From positions 224,001 to 288,000 of the forward strand of contig JAEOUA010000012.1 in assembly GCA_016839555.1 (NCBI GenBank): a DNA stretch of 64,000 bases, given 5' to 3'. The DNA is from Promethearchaeota archaeon. Its GTDB lineage: Archaea > Asgardarchaeota > Lokiarchaeia > Sigyniarchaeales > SOKP01. The notes beneath the pieces are model-generated. The model had not been told where the DNA came from, did no database searches, and saw nothing but the letters and a program-made list of their open reading frames with translations. Made by a program: the position numbers and the translations under genes. This document shows positions 9,066 to 19,872 of the stretch, piece after piece (position 1 is the stretch's first letter; each line of letters opens with the position of its first letter).

Positions 9066-9800
9066 TTATTTATGTAATGTTGCTGGTTGTCCCATGTATA
9101 AAGAATTTTCTTTTAAAACTTGATTATATTTTGTAAAAGATTGTGCGGAAAGCTCTACTCCCTTACCTATTTTCGTTCCAGGCATCAATGAACACTTGGC
9201 CCCGATTAAAACATTATCCTCAATTATGATCCTTCTAAGAATGAATGTATCTTGTTCGATACCAAAAGGTAAAATAGTAGAACCCATTCCAATTATAACA
9301 TTATCTCCTATATCAACAAATTCAGAAAAAATCCATGCATTATCACAAATTGTATGTTTTCCAATTTTAACGCCGAAAAATCTAAGAGTGAACCTATTCT
9401 TAATCCAAGGTAGTGGATTTGTAGCTATCAGAAATAAAGGCCATTTTTTTATCATATTACGCAAATTCCAATATCTATAATTTTTATCATCAATCTTTCT
9501 TGTAAAAACTCCTTCTACTGGATAATATATTAATTTACAAATTATTAAATTTAATGTAGAAAATAATATTGCTCCTAATTGAAGAATATATAAAAGCACA
9601 CAAATATTAAGTGGTAATAGTAAAAAAAATATCCAATAGAATTTATTATTCCATAAAAAAAAGATATAATTATATTCTAATATGCTAATGGGAATAAAAC
9701 TTAAGAAAATAATTAAAAGGTAAATTGGTAGATATTTACGACGTAAGCGCTCGTCTATAGGAGTAGGCGAATCACCCTTTGAACTAGCTGGAGAGAACAT
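9066..9800 (-). CDS. Membrane protein with C-terminal left-handed beta-helix (hexapeptide-repeat acyltransferase-like)
   Basis: Two TM segments, EGVFTR, LRFFGVKIGK, IGDNVIIG, IIIEDNVLIGAKCSLMPGTKIG, GQPA. Confidence 0.75.
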   Translation of the reverse strand: MFSPASSKGDSPTPIDERLRRKYLPIYLLIIFLSFIPISILEYNYIFFLWNNKFYWIFFLLLPLNICVLLYILQLGAILFSTLNLIICKLIYYPVEGVFTRKIDDKNYRYWNLRNMIKKWPLFLIATNPLPWIKNRFTLRFFGVKIGKHTICDNAWIFSEFVDIGDNVIIGMGSTILPFGIEQDTFILRRIIIEDNVLIGAKCSLMPGTKIGKGVELSAQSFTKYNQVLKENSLYMGQPATLHK

Positions 9801-9923
9801 AATTGTTAAAAATTAATAGTTTGATGCATAAAATTTAGTGTTTATCGTTTATAAATTTAAGTTCATTAACCTTAATATCCTTAAACTAATTAATTTAGAT
9901 AATTATCTGTATTATTTGGGTTT

Positions 9924-10739
9924 TTAATCTTTTTTAGTGGAATTTTCTTTAGAATTTTTTGTAGGGGATAATGAGAATGTTTTTGTAGCAGGTCTCCCTA
10001 TCCAAATTAAATCTCCCTTTAAAATTTGATTGGGTCTAGTATATGAAGCAGCCCCCAAAACCGCTCCATCTTCTAAAACAGTTCCCGGAGATAAAATAGA
10101 ATGTGGTCCTATGACACAATTCTTCCCTACTGTTATTTTTTTAATCAAAACCTCATCATGATAAATTAAATGTGAAAAAATACATATTTGTAACGAAGTC
10201 ATACTAGAATCGCCTATTTCTATCAATTCCGGGTCAATATATCCTTCATATGCTACTACACTTTTCCCGATTTTTACACCAAATAGACGATAGACAATTA
10301 TGTCAGACCAAGGAAAAGGCATCGCTCTTGCCAACCAAATTGGAAAATAGGCAGTCCAAAATCTCCTATGCACATACTTCCAATCCTTACTTCCTTTTTT
10401 AAATCTTCCTTCCCGAGGAGGATATAATTTATTAAGTATCTTAAAGATTATTACCGATATCAACATAGTTACTATCAGAAATAAAAAAAGATTTCCGTAT
10501 ATATTTAAGGGGAGCAATAACCAAAACCACCATTTAGCATTCGGGCTAAAAGGAAATAATTTTTCGCTTGTTAAGAGATAATATATTCCACTATAATACC
10601 ATAGATTTAAAAGTACGACAATAATGCCCGATATAAAAATTTCCACCAAAATTATTATTGTGAATGGTGTTTTATAGACCCCTGATGTGCTTATAATCTC
10701 AAATTTATGATCTTTAATTTTTATGTTATTTTTTTCCAT
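9924..10739 (-). CDS. Membrane protein with C-terminal left-handed beta-helix; paralogue of the adjacent gene
   Basis: Two TM segments (LLLPLNI shared with paralogue), PREGRF, YRLFGVKIGK, ITVGKNCVIGPHSILSPGTVLEDGAVLGA, GRPA. Confidence 0.75.
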   Translation of the reverse strand: MEKNNIKIKDHKFEIISTSGVYKTPFTIIILVEIFISGIIVVLLNLWYYSGIYYLLTSEKLFPFSPNAKWWFWLLLPLNIYGNLFLFLIVTMLISVIIFKILNKLYPPREGRFKKGSKDWKYVHRRFWTAYFPIWLARAMPFPWSDIIVYRLFGVKIGKSVVAYEGYIDPELIEIGDSSMTSLQICIFSHLIYHDEVLIKKITVGKNCVIGPHSILSPGTVLEDGAVLGAASYTRPNQILKGDLIWIGRPATKTFSLSPTKNSKENSTKKD

Positions 10740-10964
10740 CTTTACTGTATCATTTTATAAAACGCTACATTCTTTTTATTTTATGTAAAAAGATACTTTT
10801 TTTATTATCATATAAATCAAATAATATGGAAATCATTCTTATTAATAAAAAGAGACCTTTTTCAATTAACAAAAACATAAAAATAATATATTTATATTAT
10901 ATTTATATTATTTTAATTTTAACAAAATTAAATTTTTTAAATTACAAAAGTTGAAAATTAGACT

Positions 10965-11693
10965 ATGAGTATAGATTGGCAAAAAGCCGAAGAGAATCCC
11001 GATAAAAGTCAAAAAATCGAAGGCAAAAGGTTATTAGATTTACGGTCGAAAATAAATGATCTTGAAAAAGAGCTAGTTGAAACAAAAAATTTTTTGTCCC
11101 AAACTGAGGAGAATTTAACAATAGCCACTAATGAAATACAAAATATGACGCAAAAAGCTAAAGAAAAAGACCAAGAGAATGCACAATTAAATCAAAAAAT
11201 CCAGAATTATTCCAATCAAGTTCAAAATCTTGAAAATAAATTAGATGAGCTTGCCAAGTTATCAGAAGAGACTCATAATACTATTGCTCAAAAAGATGAA
11301 AAAATTGCATCATTAAATAACGAAATTTCACAAACACAACAAACACAACAACAATTAGATAGCCTACAACAACAATTAGAAGAAGCAAAGAATTCAATTA
11401 ATGAAAAAGATGAAATAATTACTTCTCTGAATGTAAATCTAAAAGAAAAAGAAAAACAAATGGATCAAACCATTAGTAGACTGGAAGAGACTGAGCAAGC
11501 ATTGAAAGAATATGCCCCCCTTGAAATGGAAGAAACAATTGAAGTAAATGAGCGTCTATCGTGCCCTCAATGCGGTGCTGTGGGTCAGGATATTAGAACA
11601 ACTGAGGACAAATCGAAAGTGATTAGCTATGTAGGACATGTGCCTATGTATGCTAAGAAACATGTATGTAAAAAGTGTGGAAAGGAATTCTAA
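10965..11693 (+). CDS. Long coiled-coil protein with C-terminal Zn ribbon
   Basis: Heptad E/Q/K/L-rich region followed by CPQCG...CKKCGKEF. Confidence 0.8.
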   Translation: MSIDWQKAEENPDKSQKIEGKRLLDLRSKINDLEKELVETKNFLSQTEENLTIATNEIQNMTQKAKEKDQENAQLNQKIQNYSNQVQNLENKLDELAKLSEETHNTIAQKDEKIASLNNEISQTQQTQQQLDSLQQQLEEAKNSINEKDEIITSLNVNLKEKEKQMDQTISRLEETEQALKEYAPLEMEETIEVNERLSCPQCGAVGQDIRTTEDKSKVISYVGHVPMYAKKHVCKKCGKEF

Positions 11694-11865
11694 CCTGGTT
11701 GATATAACTAATATTTTCTTTATTTTTTTTAACTTTTTTCTGTGTTGGGATGATTTAAAAATTTTTAGTATCAAATCTAATATTAAATAATTATAAAAAA
11801 TCATGGAAATTGATATTTCATAGATTGTTTATAATATTATCATGTAAATATCATTACTGAGAAAT

Positions 11866-13314
11866 ATGGATCTAGACAAACTTTTTAGACCTAAATCAAT
11901 GGCAGTGGTTGGGATTTCACGGAAAAATAACTTATCTCCGGGAAGAATTATTTTATTAAAAAATGAATTCGAAATGAATGTAGATGTATATGGCATTCAT
12001 CCAGAGGGAGGAAATGTTGAGGGAGTTGACTTATACAAAAGTCTGGGAGCCCTGCCTGTAAATCCGGACATCTTAGTCATTGCAGTGGGACCAGATGATA
12101 CAATTGAATATATTAGGGAATGTGTGGAATATGAAATTCCTGCTAGTATCATCATTGGTGGTGGTTTTGCGGAGATTGGAGGAGAAGGAATAAAAAGGCA
12201 AGAGACATTAGAAAAGATCGCTATAGATAATGATATTGCCGTTTTGGGACCAAATTGCATTGGCGTGTATTCTCCTCCCTTAATTGATACCGTTTTTTTA
12301 CCCACTGAGAGAATAACTCGCCCCCCGAAAGGTTCTGTAGCATTAATTAGTCAATCAGGAGGAGTACTTGTGGATCAATTTTTTGTAAAATTTAAGGAGA
12401 GAAATATAGGTGTCTCAACAGCCGTTTCTATTGGTAATAGAGCCGTTGTGGATGAATCTATGTTATTAGAATATTTTAGTAAAGTGGATCCCGAAACGAG
12501 CAATATTGCCTTTTATTTAGAAGGATTTAAAATAGGAAAATCAAGAAAATTTCTTACTTTAGCGAAAGAATCCGATGATATGACAATTTGTTACTTTGGG
12601 GGAATAACTGAGCAAGGAAAGGTTGCAACTCTATCGCATACTGCAAGCTTAGGAGGAAATTATAAGATACTCTCGGGAGCTTTAAAGCAATACTACATTA
12701 TTCAACCTCATTCAGAACGAGAATTGTTAACAATGCTTAAAGTCTATGATGTACTTTCACATAAAAAAAATCCTTTTGGAGCGAATACTATTACCTTTGG
12801 TAAAGTAGCGATCCTATCTGTGTCTGGGGGACATGGAGTTCTCTGTTCAGACATGTTAAGCGATTACGGATTGAGTGCTATAACTTTTACTGAAGAAGAA
12901 AAGGAAGAAATGTATGAAATGATAAACCCAATTGCTAGAGAAATCGCCTCCTTCAATAATCCCATTGATTTGACAGGATCAGTATTGGACAAAGATATTG
13001 AAAACATTATTCAATATCTATCTAATATCGAGAGAATTGAATGTATTCTTTTATTGTTATTACCTTATCCACCAAATATTTCTTTCCAAATTGGAAGAAG
13101 AATTGCTAATGTAGTAACTGCTAAAAAAAAGCCCATCATAACCTTTATTCCATATGTGGAAAAATATCAAATGATTATAGAATCTTTAGAATTAAGTAAA
13201 ATTCCTGTCTTTCACAGCATCAAGGAGGTTGTACAAGCAGCCTCAGCACTTAAGGATAGAACGAGGATTATGAATTTAAAGAAAGATAATATTTTTTGGG
13301 AAGATAAAAGGTAA
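11866..13314 (+). CDS. Acyl-CoA synthetase (NDP-forming) alpha-subunit-like CoA-binding protein
   Basis: LFRPKSMAVVG, GGGFAE, LGPNCIG, ISQSGG, SIGNR, phospho-His SHTASL, NNPIDLTG. Confidence 0.9.
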   Translation: MDLDKLFRPKSMAVVGISRKNNLSPGRIILLKNEFEMNVDVYGIHPEGGNVEGVDLYKSLGALPVNPDILVIAVGPDDTIEYIRECVEYEIPASIIIGGGFAEIGGEGIKRQETLEKIAIDNDIAVLGPNCIGVYSPPLIDTVFLPTERITRPPKGSVALISQSGGVLVDQFFVKFKERNIGVSTAVSIGNRAVVDESMLLEYFSKVDPETSNIAFYLEGFKIGKSRKFLTLAKESDDMTICYFGGITEQGKVATLSHTASLGGNYKILSGALKQYYIIQPHSERELLTMLKVYDVLSHKKNPFGANTITFGKVAILSVSGGHGVLCSDMLSDYGLSAITFTEEEKEEMYEMINPIAREIASFNNPIDLTGSVLDKDIENIIQYLSNIERIECILLLLLPYPPNISFQIGRRIANVVTAKKKPIITFIPYVEKYQMIIESLELSKIPVFHSIKEVVQAASALKDRTRIMNLKKDNIFWEDKR

Positions 13315-13340
13315 AATAAATATTAAGATTATTTAAAAAA

Positions 13341-14159
13341 TTAATTTTCAATATTTACTAATTTATCTATCTGCTTAATCGCTTTATTAATGTAATCTTC
13401 ATCTTCTATTATTAATTCAATAGCATCATTGGGACACACTTCTATGCAACGCCCACACGCTCGACATTGGTCAGTAATATGGGCCTTTTTATTTATAATT
13501 TTAATCGCATCAACAAAACAAATGTCTTTCGTGCAAGTCCCGCACCCAACACAATTATCATTAATAAATACCTTCACTCCGGGTATTTTTTTCACTTTGT
13601 TCGAAAGACTTGAATGCAAAATTGGTGCTATCCGCCATAAACAACAGCAAGGGCAGCAATTACAAATAGATAACAGCTTTGCCCCATCCTTCACACCTAA
13701 CCATTGCTTATCCAAAAGGTTTCTACCAATCATATGGACTAATCCCGCATCTCTACATTTTCGAATATGATCAAGAGCTTCTTGTTTAGTAGCTAGATGT
13801 CCTAAACTAGGATTTATATCTAGAACACCTTTACCCAAGAAGAGGCAACCTAAATCAATGGGATAATCTTTACATTTCATAGAAGCTCGACAAATACAGA
13901 AGTCCATGATCCAATGATAATTTGCTTTCTCAATAAAATATTCTAATACTCTTGTAGGAAGGACATAATTATCAGGTTGGTCTACATTCTGGTTTACTTC
14001 AATTACACTATCTTTTGGTAGGTATATTATATTATCTTCTTTAAACAACAGAATCTCAAAAAGTTTATTCATGAATGGTAAATTACTTAATTTTGCGAGG
14101 ACTTTGATACTTCGAAAAGCTTTTTTTAATAACTTTACAAACCATAATGGTCTAGCCAT
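13341..14159 (-). CDS. 4Fe-4S ferredoxin-domain protein
   Basis: CICR, ICNCCPCCC, CVGCGTC...C, CRACGRCIEVCP. Confidence 0.85.
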   Translation of the reverse strand: MARPLWFVKLLKKAFRSIKVLAKLSNLPFMNKLFEILLFKEDNIIYLPKDSVIEVNQNVDQPDNYVLPTRVLEYFIEKANYHWIMDFCICRASMKCKDYPIDLGCLFLGKGVLDINPSLGHLATKQEALDHIRKCRDAGLVHMIGRNLLDKQWLGVKDGAKLLSICNCCPCCCLWRIAPILHSSLSNKVKKIPGVKVFINDNCVGCGTCTKDICFVDAIKIINKKAHITDQCRACGRCIEVCPNDAIELIIEDEDYINKAIKQIDKLVNIEN

Positions 14160-14294
14160 TTTAAATCAAAAATTTTCTTTTTAAAATATTTTATTCATAA
14201 TTATTAATATAATATAATAAATAATATAAGTTTCAGATTCTCGAAAAAATTAGCCAATAATGATGGAATTAAGCTTATTAAATAGAAAAAGAAA

Positions 14295-16355
14295 TTATTT
14301 TAAATAATTTATTTTTATAGATAAAGGAAGTTCTCTAGAAGAAGTACCTGCCCAAATTGTGAAAGATCCAGATTCAGATATGAATTTTTTCTCCTTTTCT
14401 GAATAAAATTCAAATGATGAATCATCTAAAGTGATTGATACAGTTTTTTTCTCCCCCGGATTTAAATAAACTTTCTCAAAACCCTGTAATTCCTTTGGTG
14501 GACGTTCCACCGAACACTCATCATCTCCAATATAGATTTGAATTACTTCTGCTCCAGCAATTTTCCCAGTATTTTTCACTTCTACAGAAATGGTAAAATT
14601 TCCTTTTCCTTGAAGATTACTCTTATCTGATTGAATATTAGATAACTCAAATTCAGAATAAGAAAGACCAAAACCAAATGGGAAAAAGGGTTCAATTTTG
14701 TGTTTATCGAAATAACGATAGCCAACAAAGATTCCTTCGTCAAAATAAATTTTCATTTCCTTGAGATCTCCAGGAAATCTCTTTTTAGATTTATGCGCAG
14801 GATGATCTTGAATCTTTTTCGGATAAGTCACTGGTAATTTGCCAGATGGATTCACTTCACCAAAGAGTACCCGAGCGAGAGCGTTTCCCCCCATCATACC
14901 TGGATACCATGCGTTTAGAATAGCGGGAACATTATCATACCAATCCGAACAATCTATTGGACTTCCAGCAATTAATATGATTATAGTTTTCGGATTTTTT
15001 GCTACGGTTTCATTAATTAATTTAATTTGCTTCTGAGGTAATCCATAATGCGTCCGATCACTTCCTTCGGTATCCCCCTCTGTTTTAAATAAAAGGGTTT
15101 TAAAAAAACCGCCTCCATGGTCAAGCCCAATAATTAAGAGAGTGATATCAGCATCTTTTGGATCATCAATAATTTCTGCACTCTTCGAAACATATCTTTT
15201 AATTCCATTATATGGTGTAATAAATCGTGGAGGAATCACAGCAGAACTTCCTCCCTGGAATGGTTTCCCAAATTTTTTTTTCGCATTTGGACCTATAATT
15301 GCAATTTTTTTAATTGCCTTTAAATTTAAAGGAAGAATGTCAGAATCATTTTTTAGCAGTACCATACTCTCCTCGGCAATCTGCTGAGCTATATCTTGAT
15401 GCTCGGGGATATCTGTAACCTTAAGATAAGATTCTTCTTCTTGTTCAAATAATCCTACTCTCATGAAAGTACGAAGTAATGGTTTTAAAATATAATTTAT
15501 GTCTTCTTCAACAATTTCTCCAGCATCTAATGCTTTCTGAACCTTTTTAGGGGTCAAAACTCTACCCAAGAGCATACCAGGCATTTCTAAGCTAAGTCCT
15601 GCTTTTATGCAAGCCGCAGCTCCTGATGTATTTCTCGCTGCCCCCCAATCTGATGTAACATGACCTATAAATCCGATCTGATCCCTTAATATATCCTTAA
15701 GAATATATTTATTCTCCGGACCATAAATGCCATTAAATTTGTTATAACAGACCATCAATCCCCAAGGGTCTGATTTTTTAATGATTCTCATATAATTCTT
15801 AACATAAATCTCTTGGAAAGCACGTTCACTGATCTCTGTACTAATTTTCATTCTTTTTGTCTCGGAATTATTCGTAATATAGTGTTTGATACAGGCTGCA
15901 ATATTTTGAGATTGAATGCCCCTTACTAATTCTGATGCGATATTGGAGGAAAGAATCGGATCTTCACTCAAATATTCAAAATTCCGACCACATAGAGGAG
16001 AGCGAATTATATTAACTCCAGGTCCTAAAATTTGATGCCGGCCCGCTAATTTCGTTTCTTTACCCAGAACTTCTCCCATTTTATATGCTAATTCTTTATT
16101 CCAGGTGGCAGCCAATCCGATTGTAGCGGGGAACCTCGTATGCTTTCCCCAATGGCTGGAATGCCAGGCGACGCCTAAAGGACCATCCGTCATACCAAAA
16201 GAAGGAATTTCTAATCGATCGATTGGATTTGTGGTCCAAAAATCTTTGCCTCGGATTAAAGTGATTTTTTCATCTATATTCAGTCTTTTTATGAGATCAT
16301 TTACTCTTTTTTCTAAATCCAAATTAGGATCTAAATATTTTGCGTTTTTATCCAT
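14295..16355 (-). CDS. Beta-glucosidase, glycoside hydrolase family 3 with Fn3-like C-terminus
   Basis: TDGPLGV, GRNFEYLSEDP, CIKHY, SDWG nucleophile, SMVLLKN, NPSGKLPVT, FPFGFGLSY, ELQGFEKV. Confidence 0.95.
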   Translation of the reverse strand: MDKNAKYLDPNLDLEKRVNDLIKRLNIDEKITLIRGKDFWTTNPIDRLEIPSFGMTDGPLGVAWHSSHWGKHTRFPATIGLAATWNKELAYKMGEVLGKETKLAGRHQILGPGVNIIRSPLCGRNFEYLSEDPILSSNIASELVRGIQSQNIAACIKHYITNNSETKRMKISTEISERAFQEIYVKNYMRIIKKSDPWGLMVCYNKFNGIYGPENKYILKDILRDQIGFIGHVTSDWGAARNTSGAAACIKAGLSLEMPGMLLGRVLTPKKVQKALDAGEIVEEDINYILKPLLRTFMRVGLFEQEEESYLKVTDIPEHQDIAQQIAEESMVLLKNDSDILPLNLKAIKKIAIIGPNAKKKFGKPFQGGSSAVIPPRFITPYNGIKRYVSKSAEIIDDPKDADITLLIIGLDHGGGFFKTLLFKTEGDTEGSDRTHYGLPQKQIKLINETVAKNPKTIIILIAGSPIDCSDWYDNVPAILNAWYPGMMGGNALARVLFGEVNPSGKLPVTYPKKIQDHPAHKSKKRFPGDLKEMKIYFDEGIFVGYRYFDKHKIEPFFPFGFGLSYSEFELSNIQSDKSNLQGKGNFTISVEVKNTGKIAGAEVIQIYIGDDECSVERPPKELQGFEKVYLNPGEKKTVSITLDDSSFEFYSEKEKKFISESGSFTIWAGTSSRELPLSIKINYLK

Positions 16356-16589
16356 AATAATCGTATTGAATCAGAATTTATTTAATTTATATTTTACATA
16401 TTTATTTTATTTATCTTTATGTTTTACTAGAATAAATAGTATTATATCAAATGAAAAACCTCAATTCAAAAGAAGCTATTTTTTTATTAAAATAACAGAG
16501 AACTAGTAAAAAGGACATTTATAAATATAATAAGATTATAAAATGTGCATAATTAATTTTCTTAACATACAAAAACACTATTACTAAAT

Positions 16590-17174
16590 ATGATTAGAAC
16601 TTTTATTGCTTTTAAGCTAAATAATGAAGAAACGCTTTCTGAAATTAGAGAATTTACAAATCGTCTTAATCAAAATCAAAAACGAATAAAAATCATAAAA
16701 CCAGAAAATATTCATTTAACGGTTAAGTTTATTGGTAATATAAAAGAGTCTATGGCTCCTAAAATATATGATATCTTAGAAAGAGAGATTAATAAAAAGA
16801 TACTTCACGGAGATAAACATATTTATCTCTTGAAAGGAGTGGGAAATTTTAGAAATTATGAAATTATTTGGATAGGCATGGAAGGAGATATTGAATTGCT
16901 CCAAAAGATTAAAGATACTGTAGAGGAAAAATTAGATGAGCATCTAAAAATTAAAAAAGATAAACGTCTTAAATTTAAACCCCACATTACTATTGCTCGA
17001 TTAAAAAAAGATAGAAGAGATTATACATCCTTTGATAGCTTTAAAACATTCATAAACGAAAATAGAAATAAGGAATTCGGCGAATTTCTCATTGAAAAAA
17101 TTGTATTAAAAAAATCAGACCTGACTCCAAAAGGTCCCATCTACACAACTTATAATGGAAAGGAATTTGTCTAA
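16590..17174 (+). CDS. thpR: RNA 2',3'-cyclic phosphodiesterase (2H family)
   Basis: RTFIA, HLTVKFIG, PHITIAR, KSDLTPKGPIY. Confidence 0.9.
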   Translation: MIRTFIAFKLNNEETLSEIREFTNRLNQNQKRIKIIKPENIHLTVKFIGNIKESMAPKIYDILEREINKKILHGDKHIYLLKGVGNFRNYEIIWIGMEGDIELLQKIKDTVEEKLDEHLKIKKDKRLKFKPHITIARLKKDRRDYTSFDSFKTFINENRNKEFGEFLIEKIVLKKSDLTPKGPIYTTYNGKEFV

Positions 17175-17227
17175 TTCGATTTATAAATTTTGTATTCTAA
17201 TAGAATTGATTATAATAAATAGGAATA

Positions 17228-18019
17228 ATGAACTCTTATAATAAATTAAGTATCATAATTTATGTCATTATCGCCTACGGAATGACTTGGTGTATAACAA
17301 TCCCGTTAATTTTTTATTATGATATCATAAATTATGAAATAAGAGAATTATGGCATTCTCTAGGTTCTATTGGACCAACTCTGGCGGGATTAATAATAAT
17401 TTATACGAGAAAACGTAAATTGGGACTAGTTCAGTTAAAAGATCGAATCTTAAAAGTTGCTGATAAAAAATTATTTCTTGTTGCTTTTTCACCTTTAATA
17501 ATTCTAGCTCTAATATTGCCTTTCGAAGCAGTTTTTGGATTATTTGATTATTATACATTCTTAAAAACTAATAATCTGGAAGATATAAAATCTTTTATCC
17601 TGTTTTTCTTACCTTCTCTCTGTTATGGATTTTTTGAAGAAATAGGATGGAGAGGATATCTTTTACCGGAATTACAAAACTTTTATACTGCTTTAAAATC
17701 AACAATAATTCTCACCGTAATTTGGTGGTTATGGCACGTTCCCATGTTTTTTTATCGATTCGATTTATACTTTTCCCTTATTTTTATGTTTCCCTTACTG
17801 TTAAGTGGTTCAATCGCTTTTACATTTTTGTTTAATCAATCGGGAGGAAGTTTATTAATGATTATCATATTCCATATTAGCTATGATATCGTTACTTCCA
17901 GTGAGATTTCACTTATAGCAATTCTAGTTGTAAGTGCGTTATTTATCTTTATTGATGTTCGAGCAATTAAAGTATATGGAATAGAAAGTTTATCCCAAAA
18001 AGAAAAAATTCTTATATAA
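17228..18019 (+). CDS. CPBP (CAAX/Abi) intramembrane metalloprotease
   Basis: EEIGWRGYL, WWLWHVP, FHISYD; multiple TM segments. Confidence 0.9.
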   Translation: MNSYNKLSIIIYVIIAYGMTWCITIPLIFYYDIINYEIRELWHSLGSIGPTLAGLIIIYTRKRKLGLVQLKDRILKVADKKLFLVAFSPLIILALILPFEAVFGLFDYYTFLKTNNLEDIKSFILFFLPSLCYGFFEEIGWRGYLLPELQNFYTALKSTIILTVIWWLWHVPMFFYRFDLYFSLIFMFPLLLSGSIAFTFLFNQSGGSLLMIIIFHISYDIVTSSEISLIAILVVSALFIFIDVRAIKVYGIESLSQKEKILI

Positions 18020-18076
18020 TTCAAACTACATTATAAAAAGAAATTTATATTTATAAAATAATTCTGCATGACTTAA

Positions 18077-18778
18077 TTGATGAAAGAAATACGCATAAAA
18101 GCATTAATATGGGATCTTGATGGGACTCTGATCCATTTTAGAATAGATTATTTAAAAGCTCGAAGAGTAGCGATTAAAATTTTAATTCATCATGGAATAC
18201 CAAAAAAGGAATTAGCGATAACACAGAGTATTTTAGATAATTTGAAAATCTCCATTGAAATCTTCAAGAAAAAAAATTATAGTTTAGAGAAAATAGATCA
18301 AATTAAAAAAGAAATTAATGATGCTGTGAGCGACATTGAATATGAGGCTGCTTTACATGCTAGTAAAATTCAGGGAATTGAAGATGTATTAAAATATGCC
18401 CAAAAAATTAAGCTAAAACAAGCAATTTATACTTATAATACCCATAAAAACGCAGAAGTTTCTTTAAAAACAGTTAAATTGCTTAAATATTTTAATGTTA
18501 TTGTGGGAAGGGATGATGTTGATAATCCAAAACCCCATAAAGACCATCTTTTAATGATTTGTAAAAAGCTTAATGTAGAACCTTTAAATGTAATCGTGAT
18601 CGGAGATACCTATCGAGATATCCAAGGAGCTCTTCACTTGGGTGCAAAATCAATTGCTATAGAAACCCCCACCTCCAAATTTTCTAATATTTCAAATTTT
18701 CACAAAGCAGATCTCATAATAAAACAAGATTCCCAATTTTCCAAAGAATTAATTAAATCAATTATTTCATTTCTTTAA
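18077..18778 (+). CDS. HAD-family hydrolase (phosphoglycolate phosphatase-like)
   Basis: WDLDGTL, KPHK, IGDTYRDI. Confidence 0.9.
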   Translation: MMKEIRIKALIWDLDGTLIHFRIDYLKARRVAIKILIHHGIPKKELAITQSILDNLKISIEIFKKKNYSLEKIDQIKKEINDAVSDIEYEAALHASKIQGIEDVLKYAQKIKLKQAIYTYNTHKNAEVSLKTVKLLKYFNVIVGRDDVDNPKPHKDHLLMICKKLNVEPLNVIVIGDTYRDIQGALHLGAKSIAIETPTSKFSNISNFHKADLIIKQDSQFSKELIKSIISFL

Positions 18779-18867
18779 AGAAAAATATAAATCTTTTAAA
18801 TAATTGTAATATATATTGATATAATCTAATTATTTTATGAAAATAATAAAACACGGATATAATTTTA

Positions 18868-19134
18868 ATGTTAAAAATTGAATATTGGCTTGACGTGCTG
18901 AAGCCCCACCAACCAAGCTCTGATATTATTGCGCACGCATTAATGGAAATCGATGGTATAAGTGAAGTAAGAGTAAATGTAGATGAGCTTGACCAAAAGA
19001 CAGCTTCATTACACATTAAAGTTGTAGGAACTGATCTTGGTATTGATGTTATTCGGGAAAAATTGGAAGAACTGAATTGTGCTCTACATAGTGTGGATGA
19101 AGTTACAATGTATAAAATCGAAGATAATAAATGA
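18868..19134 (+). CDS. DUF211 family protein
   Basis: LDVLKPHQP...CALHSVDEV. Confidence 0.8.
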   Translation: MLKIEYWLDVLKPHQPSSDIIAHALMEIDGISEVRVNVDELDQKTASLHIKVVGTDLGIDVIREKLEELNCALHSVDEVTMYKIEDNK

Positions 19135-19418
19135 GTCAATTTAACTTAATTTTATAAATAATTAATATCTCCTTCTAATAATTTAATTTGAATACTTAAT
19201 TAAATTTGTTTTTTAAGATTATTTTAAAATTTTTCATACAACGAAATTTCTGAATATAAAAATTATTCTTATTAGATGATATTTTAATTAAAAAGTTGTA
19301 AATTAATATACCAAAATAAATAATTAGTATTAACTAGTTTTAACCAAACATTTAAAATTTTAGATTTATACAAAAATATAAGAATTAATCAATTAAATTA
19401 TAGGATTTATAGATAATT

Positions 19419-19772
19419 ATGACGGTTCCAAAAATAAAAAAGGTCTTGGAAGAAAAGGGAGAAATTTCTGATGAGTTAGATTTTGCTCTAATGAATTTTC
19501 TTCTTAAGAATCGGGGTACGGGATACACTGCCTGCCAACCGCAATTAGTAGAATTGGAAAGTGGAAAAGAAGTAATTAAAATGAATATTGATAATACTTT
19601 TATAGATAAAAATAATCATTTGATGGGCCTAGGTATAGTGGGAAAAATATTTATAGATCCAGACTCCTATGAAGTAATTTATGCTACATCTAAAGAAGAG
19701 TTAGAAAAAAATATTCAAAAATTGGAAGACGCCGGTGTTGAGCCTAAGCCAAGACCTAGAGGTAAGTATTAA
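19419..19772 (+). CDS. Hypothetical protein
   Basis: 117-aa ORF with normal composition and its own AT-rich promoter region. Confidence 0.7.
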   Translation: MTVPKIKKVLEEKGEISDELDFALMNFLLKNRGTGYTACQPQLVELESGKEVIKMNIDNTFIDKNNHLMGLGIVGKIFIDPDSYEVIYATSKEELEKNIQKLEDAGVEPKPRPRGKY

Positions 19773-19872
19773 TTTATATAACGATAATCCCAGAATATAA
19801 TGAAAATACTTCAAATTAATTCATACTAATAAATTTAAGTATATATTTCAGTTATTAAATAATGAAAATTTA

